This document shows, piece by piece, positions 55,262 through 64,000 of a DNA stretch of 64,000 nucleotides (position 1 is the first letter of the stretch; the number at the start of each line of letters is the position of its first letter). Both the position numbers and the translations under genes were made by a program. The DNA is from Octopus vulgaris. Taxonomy: Eukaryota. Below the pieces are notes generated by a model. The model made no database searches. It saw only the letters and a program-made list of their open reading frames with translations, and was not told the origin of the DNA. The DNA lies in assembly GCA_951406725.2 (NCBI GenBank), contig OX597838.1:25978001-26042000 (forward strand), in the 5' to 3' direction.

Positions 55262-55458
55262 TGCCCATGACCGCTCTACTAGGTTGCTCGTTGTGCTAGA
55301 AATAGCAGTCAAATGTTCTTCAAATCATGCCCAACCTTCTTAGACAAAGGTGCCTTTGATAATCTCGCCATGCATTCTCTCGTACACAGGGAAAAGATGG
55401 GATGGTCACGAATGGAATGTCTGCCCAATTAGGTCTGACTTGTGGCTAACAACAACAA
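55262..55458 (+). repeat. Abundant old interspersed repeat (ctagaaatagcagccaaat..cctcaaatcac...gatggtcac.gctggaatgcctttgatca...ggctaaacaacaac)
   Basis: Decayed copies on both strands at ~1200-1410, 8060-8260, 12960-13150, 21470-21650, 31760-31930, 41490-41680, 47660-47960 and 60350-60660. Confidence 0.7.
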
Positions 55459-55692
55459 TTAATTATATACTGATTAATTGCAATTATATTCTGTCACCAA
55501 TAAAAGCAACTCATATTCCGTTATAGAACGAAAGAGCGGTGCAGGATGAAGGGCGGTTGATGCGGTAAACCTTAAGTTTCTGTCACAAAACCTAAATTAT
55601 GGAAGACAGGACTTAATTTTCTAACATTAAACCTAAATCGACCAACCCAAATAATTTTATTTATGTATTCATTTAAATATTTAGTTGTATTT

Positions 55693-55970
55693 AGGGGGTC
55701 ATTATGCCAATGTTAACACATGCTCTGGTTCAATTCAGTTCCTTGATTATTAGTTAATTGGTTAACTGTCCACTTAGCGAATCGATTGTTTGTTTAATTT
55801 GGTCAAACAGTAAGTCGCTTGTTTTGTTTTTCTTCGTCAAATCTCTTTCCTTGTTGCTTGCAACCTTTTCAATGACTTTTAAACTTACGTCCGTTACAGA
55901 GACCGCGTTTCAATAAAGGAGTGGAATTGAATCAGCAGGTGTGTTAATAATATTGGCGTAACGACTCTCC
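55693..55970. mobile_element. MITE with ~50-bp imperfect TIRs
   Basis: gggggtcattatgccaatgttaacacatgctctggttcaattcagttcc versus the reverse complement of the right end, gagagtcgttacgccaatattattaacacacctgctgattcaattccactcc. Confidence 0.6.
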
Positions 55971-56065
55971 CGAGACACAACAAAACCTGTTTCAACACAC
56001 GAATTCACATAAAGAACCTTGCAAACCAGATTATATAAAAAAAAAAACGAAGTTTATATTATTTC

Positions 56066-56467
56066 TCTTTCTCTTTTACTTGTTTCAGTCATTTGACTGC
56101 GGCCATGCTGGAGCACCGCCTTTTAATCGAGCAACTCGACCCCGGGACTTATTCTTTCGTAAGCCCAGTACTTATTCTATCGGTCTCTTTTGCTGAACCG
56201 CTAAGTGACGGGGACATAAACACACCAGCATCGGTTGTCACACAAACATACACGCAAACATACATATATACATACATATATACGACGGCTTCTTTCAGTT
56301 TCCGTCTACCAAATCCACTCACAAGGCTTTGGTCGGCCCGAGGCTATAGTAGAAGACACTTGCCCAAGGTGCCACGCAGTGGGACTGAACCCGGAACCAT
56401 GTGGTTGGTAAGCAAGCTACTTACCACACAGCCACTCCTGCGCCTACTTACCACACAGCCACTCCTA
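56066..56467 (-). mobile_element. OR-like SINE with short duplication of its 5' end
   Basis: Reverse complement of 62670-63080; ctacttaccacacagccactcct occurs twice at ~56417-56466. Confidence 0.85.
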
Positions 56468-56859
56468 ACAAATGGTTATATAATCCTTGATGAAATTAGA
56501 CAATAAAACAATGAAATTTCCTAGGGTTAATTCTGTGCGTATGTATGTGTGCAGATCTTTGACTGAATCGTGAGAGAAAGGAAGAGAGAATCAGTTCCTT
56601 AGACCTAGTTCAACCCTAATCGAGTAGCCATATGTTTCAAGACAGTTCATCCGTGACCATTCCATCTTTTTACGTCTTTTTTTTTTTTGATGTCTAGGGC
56701 TAGGATATAATGTATAATATGCATGATGCATCCTTTCTCTTGTTTTACACGGTAAGGTGAAATTTATGAGAATCCAGCTGCTATTTCTAGGAAGCTGAGC
56801 GACCACATCTAAGTTCCTGTGTTCATGGGTGGCAGACCGGTTTAACACCACCACTTGTC

Positions 56860-57397
56860 TCTTAGTTTTCTACCTTCTTTCTTTTTGCCTTTTTCTTTTT
56901 CTTTTTTCTTATTTCGGCAACTGTACCCCCTCCCCTTCCCTTTCTCCATTCCCCAACCTCACTTAGCACCTTGTATCTCTCTTCCCCCCTCTCTCTCTCT
57001 CTCTCTCATCACCTCTCTTTCTTTATCTTTCTTTCACATTCTCTTTCTCACTTTCTGTATTCCCATCTCTCTCTCTCTTCGTCTCTTTCAGTCTCTCTCT
57101 CTCTCTCTCTCTCTCCCTCATCGCCTCTCTTTCTCCACCTTTCTTTCACATTCTCTTTCTCTTGCCATCTCTCTCTTCGTCTCTCTCAGTTTCCATCTCT
57201 CTCTCTCTCACCACCTCTCTTTCTATATCTTTCTTTCACATTCTCTTTCTCACTCTCTGTATTCCCATCTCTCTCACTCTTCGTCTCTGTCAGTCTCTCT
57301 CTCTATATCTCTCTCTCTGTCTCTCTCTTTCTCTGTCAGTCTCTCTCTATATCTCTCTCTCTGTCAGTCTCTCTCTCTATATATATCTCTCTCTCTG

Positions 57398-57429
<32 letters not shown>

Positions 57430-58514
57430 TTCCTCTCAAGGTGTTAAGCTTGTCTCTTTCTCTCTCCTTCTATCTCTTTCGCTTTTCTCACTTTACACAA
57501 AAATGACTATTTCTGTTATTAGACTTGTCAATACTAAGTTTACGATTGTTGTTGCTGTTGCTGTTGCTGTACACGGTGATGAAAATAGGGATGGCAGAAT
57601 GGCTGGGTGGATATAAGCGGTGGAGGAATCTAGTTAATTATCTTTTGACTCGATCAATCTTCTACTCTTCTCTCTTCTTCCTCATCCTTCTCCCCCCTCT
57701 CTCTCTCTCCTGTAATCTCCAACACATTTTTCTTCTATCTCTTCTTCCATCTTCCTTCCACTCTATCGCTTCTTTTTTTCCTTTACTTTCTTTCTATCAA
57801 AGGCGCCGACACTTTCCTTCTTTCTTTCTTTCTTTCTATCTTCCTTTCTTTCTGCATCTGTACTTTTCTCTTCTTTTTCTCAGTCTATTTTCATCGCATT
57901 CTTCTTCTTCTTCTTCTTCTTCTTCTTCTTCTTCTTCTTCTTCTTCTTCTCCGTTTCCACCACCACCACCACCACCACCACCACCACCACCATCATCAGC
58001 ATCTTCATCATTATCATCATCATCATCATCGTCGTCGTCGTCGTCATTACCATGCAATTCTACCTAGTTATATCTCCTTCCACACACACACACACACACA
58101 CACACGCACGCACGCACACACACACAGATATATACACACGCACGCACACACAAGTCAGAAACTGAGCCTTATTCACCACCACCGCCACCACCACCACCGC
58201 CGCCGCCGCTTGCTCTTACTCTACAATTCGTTCAGTTTCCAGACATACATTCACACACATACACACACACATACTCACACAAATATAATAAATAATAATT
58301 ATTATTAATGTCTTTTTTCCTTCCTAATGTCTTTCTTAAACTTTAGATCTTTACTAAATTTCGTCATGCGTGTATGTATGTATGTGTCTGTGCGTGTGTA
58401 TGTATGCATATATATATATATATATATTGTATATATAAATACTGTATGCATAACACACATACACACACACATATCTTGAATTATGCAAGTGTTTCAAGAG
58501 AATTTTCAAAGGTA

Positions 58515-58566
<52 letters not shown>

Positions 58567-59460
58567 GGAGGGAAGGAGAAAGAAAGATCTTAGTGTATAC
58601 GTATGTCTCTCTCTCTCTCTCTCTCCCAGTCTATGCATTTATATACCTCTACTTTTCTGTTCACCTGTATTCTCAGTACATTGGTGTACCTTCATATATT
58701 ATTAGTTTCACCATTTACCTGGCTCTCTCCCTCTCTCTCTCTCTTTCTTTCTCTCTCTCTCTCTCTCTTTATTCGACACATTATCACTTTCTTCTCTTCC
58801 TCTACGTTATCTACATTCACCCTCTCCCCCCCTTTTTGTATCTCTCTCTCTCTTTACCTATCTCTCTGTATTTCATGTATTTTTAACTACGGGTTTGTAT
58901 GCTTATTTTTGTCTCTCTCTCTCCTCTTTCTCTATCTATGTATCCCTCTATCTTTCTCTAACTCTCTATCTCTCTAATCTATATCTGTATATGTATGTGA
59001 AGAGAGAACGTGTATATGTATATATATATATATATATGTATGTATATATACATACACACATACACACACGTTCTCTCTTCTCTCTGTCCATATTTGTATC
59101 GTTCATTCCATATTTCCTTGAAGCTCCCTCTCACCTTCTCTCTCTCTTTCTCTCCATATTTGTAACGTTCTCTTCATATCTCTCTCTCTAATTCTCACTC
59201 AATCATTCCTTCTCTCTCTCTCACTCTCTCATTCATTCAGCCTTTACCTCCCTTTCTCTTTATTTCATCCTTTACCCCTCTCTCCTTTTCTTCCTTCCTA
59301 TCTATTTCAGTACTTACTCCCTCCCTCTCTATCTATTTCTCTTTCAGAAAGCCTTTTTTTCCCCTCTCACTCTCCCTCTTTTCCTTTTTATTTTTTCTGC
59401 GTCTTGTCAGCTCCATATGGTTCTATTCCTCTCTCCCCTTCCTCTCACTACCACCAACCT
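56860..59460. repeat. Long CT-rich low-complexity tract with compound (TTC)n(CCA)n(TCA)n(TCG)n and (CA)n repeats
   Basis: Direct reading; ~90-110-bp CT-rich units recur at ~57004, 57118 and 57207. Confidence 0.9.
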
Positions 59461-59523
59461 ACAACCACCTCTAAACACACTACTCCTACCTTCACCACCT
59501 CTCTTCTCGCCAGGCAAACCAAA

Positions 59524-59583
59524 TGTGGTGCTATTTGATTGGTCGGTTCCGGTTCACATGACGTTACCAGTAGTGTGACGTCA
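59524..59583 (-). promoter_or_regulatory. ERSE (CCAAT-N9-CCACA) plus ETS-like, E-box and CRE motif cluster
   Basis: Minus strand 59542-59524 is CCAAT caaatagca CCACA. Also CCGGAA 59552-59547, CACATG 59555-59560, TGACGTTA 59559-59566 and perfect TGACGTCA 59576-59583. Confidence 0.55.
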
Positions 59584-61292
59584 ATGATGTACCGCACAGC
59601 ACTTGCTGCTATTTGTGGTGATTACCGTGATGTTGATGTTGCTAATGATGATGATGATGATGATGATGATGGTGATGATGGTGATGTCGGTGGGAGCGGA
59701 GGTCTGCTTGCTGTACGTCTTCTCCTTAGAGTAGAATGTCTGAACAGCACCAATACTAATAATATTAACAGTAATAATAATATGAAGAAGAATAACAGAA
59801 GATGCGAAAAGAATTGCCCATCACCTGGGAGCTGTCTATGTGTGCTTATGTGTTCTATTTATATTCTTATATATTATTAGAGTGGTGAGGGTGATGGTGG
59901 TGGTGGTGGCGATAGTGAATATGCTACCAGTAGTGAAGATGGTGGTGGCGGCGGTGATGGTAACGGTGATGATGGTAGCGGTGGTGGTGGTGGTGGTGGT
60001 AGCGGTGTTGGTGGTGGTGGTGGTGGCGATGGCAGAATCGGTAGCGCATCGACAAATTTAACTTGCGGTGTGATATTTAATTTCATCGTTCCTTCATGTT
60101 TAACGTTCCGAGTTCAGATCCCATTTAGGTCATATTTCTCTTATGAAGGAGACGATCCAGAAAAGTGTCGTATTTGACCGTATCTGGTTTCCAAGGTGTA
60201 CTTTTACCCCCCACTGCACACCACCCTCAAAATGTCCCCCAAAATTCCGCCTGTGTCGGTTACTGGTTAAGGGCTAAGGGCTAAGAAAGGGGGTCTGCCA
60301 TAAAGTCTTTCATATACTACATCTGAAGGAAAGTGGGGGGGGGGCGGAAAATAAGGTGGGATGGACATGGCTGGAATCCTTTTACATCATAGGTCTGCTG
60401 GTTCAAAGTTGATATAAGGAAAAGAAAAAAGAAACGTCCTTTCCTCCATTATTATTCCACGTGCTAGAAACAGCAGCTAAATCTCCTTCAAATCGTCTTT
60501 AAAGAACAACGACAAAAGAAAAAAAAACAGTCACATTAGATAATATAATCTCAGATACATTATGTCTGTGAAAGATAAAATAGTTTATAATGATTGTGGC
60601 CTCTGATCATAGTTCTGCCTATTAGATCAGCACTAGCCCGAGGATTAACAACAGCAATGACAAAAAAAGTACCTCAAAGACTGCACTTCACGACCTTCAA
60701 AGCCTTGTTCTTACCTATATCCGAAACCTGGGCCTATTCTCAGCATGCCCCCCTAATGACTGTTAGGTTGGGGAGGGGGCACTTAATCTGCGTAGTTAGA
60801 GTAATTCTGGGTTTATGCGGTTCCTTCAGTTCAATAGCTTTACCTCCCTTGGACCTCATATAAAATTTTTAAAAAACAGTACAGTACCTATGACTTTCAC
60901 AAATATTGTTTTTTCATGCCTGGGTAATGCACGGGTGTGGGGCTGAGTGATAAGAAATTTGCTTCACAATCACATGGTTCTGGGTTCAGTGTCTTCTACT
61001 ATAGCTCTGTGCTGACTAAAGCCTTGTGAGTGGATTTTGCAGACGGAAACTGAAAGAAGCCTGTCGTTTATATATATATATGAATGTCCCGTCCGTGTTT
61101 TTTGTATCGTCTTCTAAATGTTTTACGTTCTTGTCCCAGTTTATATTTTTCTACAAATAATATATATATATTTATTTTATAGAAGGAGCTTCTAAATTAA
61201 TTTACTCTGCTATGTATTGAGTACCTTATTTACTGTGGTTAACCCCGACTCAACCCGGGACCTACATATAACATATATATATATATATCTAA

Positions 61293-61610
61293 ATTAGAAA
61301 AAAACCACCTTTTATCAATTCAAAATAAACAATTAAATTACACCATCTAGAAAATTACATATGATAGAAATATTAAAATTAAAATAACAATAATATACCG
61401 ATGATTAAGTAAATTGCAAAAAAAATAATAAAAACGTATATATATTTGTTATTCTACCTAATATATGTTTTTATTATTTTTTTGTAATTTACTTAATCAT
61501 CGGTATATTATTGTTATTTTAATTTTAACTTTTCTATTATATGTAATTTTCTAGATGGTGTAATTTAATTGTTCATTTTGAATTGATATAAGGTGGGGTT
61601 TTTTTCTAAT
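61293..61610. repeat. Long AT-rich inverted repeat (~150-bp arms, ~20-nt spacer)
   Basis: The 61293-61441 arm is nearly the reverse complement of 61461-61610 (e.g. aattaaattacaccatctagaaaattacatat / atatgtaattttctagatggtgtaatttaatt). Confidence 0.92.
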
Positions 61611-61908
61611 GTTTTAATATAAATATTGTGTGAAATTTGATTTAGTATTTTCTAAATTGAATTTTCCCCTGTAAGTTAGGATTAATATTCCCTCAAATAA
61701 TAATTATGATTTTTGATTTTTGATTTTTCCAGTTTCAGCTTATGAGCTGTGGCCATGCTGGGGCACCGCCTTTAGTCGAACAAATCGACACCAGGACTTA
61801 AACTTTGTTAGCCTAGTACATATTCTATTTGTCCCCGCTAAGTTACGGGGACGTAAACACTCCAGCATCAGTTGTCAAGCGATGTTGGGGGGGACAAACA
61901 CACACACA

Positions 61909-61958
<50 letters not shown>

Positions 61959-62403
61959 ACAGGCTTCTTTCAGTTTCCTTCAGCCAAATCTACTTACAAG
62001 GCTTTGGTCAGCCTGAGGTCATAATAGAAGACACTTGCCCAAGGTGCCACACAGTGGAACTGAACCTGGAACCATGTGCTTGGGAAGCAAATTTTTTACC
62101 AAATGTGCATGTATATACAGGCTCGACGTCACCTTTGAGGATGCAGAGGGGGCTGGCACAGGACTGCCAGTGATGGAAAGCACTACTGGACCTGGTTGGC
62201 TCTCTGCATGTTGACACCTCTGGGACCACAAATCTGGGATGACCCCGGGCCCCATCAAGCAAGAGCATGAAGCAAGAAAGTAATGTATTTGTGTGTGTTT
62301 GCGTGCGTGCTGTTGTCTTCCTTCCTTGACTGCATGTGATGGCTGTAAATAAGTGTCACTGTCGTGCAAGCGGTGTCCTTCCTTTGTATCCAATCCTCTC
62401 CAA

Positions 62404-62434
<31 letters not shown>

Positions 62435-62669
62435 AATAAAATAAAACAGTGTCTGGTCATGGGGAAATATTTCCTTACTTGGAAACAGCTATGGATTGGT
62501 GATAGGAAGCTCATTTGCGTTAATATAGGCACAAGTGTGATTATGAGGTTAAGAAGTTTGCTTCCCAACCATGTGGCATTGGGTACAGAACCACTACATG
62601 GCACCTTGGATGAGAATTTTCAGAATCTTCAACTATCACGTTGAAAGCACCGGTTCTCGTCTGATCATA

Positions 62670-62846
62670 GGTGCAGGAGTGGCTGTGTGGTAAGTAGCTT
62701 GCTTACCAGCCATATGGTTCGGGGTTCAGTCCCACTGTGTGGCACCTTGGGTAAGTGTCTTCTACTATAGCCTCAGGCCGACCAAAGCCTTGTGAGTGGA
62801 TTTGGTAGACAGAAACTAAAAGAAGCCCGTCGTATATATGTATTTG

Positions 62847-62877
<31 letters not shown>

Positions 62878-63080
62878 TTGTGTGTCTGTGTTTGTCCCCC
62901 CCACCAACATTGCTTGACAACTGATGCTGGTGTGTTTACGTCCCCGTAACTTAGCGGTTCAGCAAAAGAGACCGATAGACTAAGCACTAGGTTTACAAAG
63001 ACTAAATCCTGGGGTTGATTTGTTCGACTAAAGGCGGTGCTCCAGCATGGCCGCAGTCAAATGACTGAAACTAGTAAAAT
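62670..63080 (+). mobile_element. Full-length tRNA-derived SINE with CORE-like segment and internal TA/TG microsatellite (octopus OR-like)
   Basis: Head gcaggagtggctgtgtggtaag..ggttcagtcccactg, ccttgggtaagtgtctt, 3' ggcggtgctccagcatggccgcagtcaaatgactgaaac. Confidence 0.85.
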
Positions 63081-64000
63081 AATCGTGGGCAAATGTCTTT
63101 TACTATGGCCTCAGGCCAACCAAACCCTTGAGAGTGGATTTGGTAGATGAAACTGAAAGATGCCCGGGATATATATATATATATATAAATATAAGAGAGT
63201 TACCGTTAAGTGGTTAACTCTAGTGCTAAAAATAGCTCCTTATTCTGGTATTATTTCACCCTCATTTATGAGTGTATATATATATATATATAGATAGATA
63301 GATAGATAGATATATGCATGTATGCATCTGTATGTGTCCCTCCACTATCGCTTGACAACCGATGTTGGTGTGTTTACGTCCCCCTAACTTAGCACTTCGG
63401 CAAAAGAGACTGATAGAATAAGTACTAGACATACAAAGAATAAGTCCTGGGGTCAATTTGCTCGACTAAAGGTGGTGCTCCAGCATGGCCACAGTCAAAT
63501 AACTGAAACAAGTAAAAGAGTAAAAAGATATATATATATATATATATATATATGTGCCAGAGAGTAGAAATACTGAGGTTGGTGTCTGAGGGCGCAGCAA
63601 ATCCACTTGGAATGAGAAACCCCTAATCTTTGTTAAGGCATCTCTCTAAAAGAGGGATAACTCCTGCTGTTCTAAAGAGCTGGATATCTTGCACTCTGCT
63701 TGTATCTGGTCTTCTTGATATTGCTAGTGAGAGTTGTGGTGTTGCACAAGCCACACTCAACTTAAAACTCTTGCAGGAGCATCACTGTCAACACCACCAG
63801 CATCACTCACACTCATCTAACAAGTAGACAGCCATTATATATATATTTTTATTGTTTTGGTCGTTTGACTGAGGCCATGCTGGAGCACTGCCTTTAGTCA
63901 AACAAATCTTTGTAAGCCTAGTACTTATTCTATTGGTCTCTTTTACCGAAGTGCTAAGTTACAGGGACATAAACGCACCAACATCGGTTGTCAAGTGATA

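Noticed and set aside
56855-58067. Long S/L-rich and poly-D/G/E ORFs
   Set aside because: Translations of CT and trinucleotide microsatellites.

Overview
AT-rich, microsatellite- and SINE-dense eukaryotic DNA. The repeat families look like those of an octopus (coleoid cephalopod); this is recognition from memory, not a database result. The only host gene I can support is the 5' end of a SERCA (ATP2A-type sarco/endoplasmic reticulum Ca2+-ATPase) on the minus strand. Coding exon 1 is 45467-45350 (118 nt), exon 2 is an 18-nt microexon at 17043-17026, and exon 3 is 9641-9559 (83 nt). The introns are 28.3 kb and 7.4 kb, and the gene continues off the left edge. The rest is intron or upstream DNA filled with tRNA-derived SINEs, mariner relics, piggyBac/hAT-type MITEs, foldback elements and simple repeats. 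Nearly all ORFs in the supplied track are spurious. The strongest lead is a compact ER-stress-type motif island about 14 kb upstream (exact CCAAT-N9-CCACA ERSE in SERCA orientation plus a CRE). Other leads: a 760-nt ATG-free leader ending at an Initiator, a candidate poison exon in intron 1 whose sequence was also copied 8.7 kb away into a SINE, a decayed hammerhead-ribozyme motif, and several perfect intronic hairpins. I see no firm evidence of a new multi-gene system.
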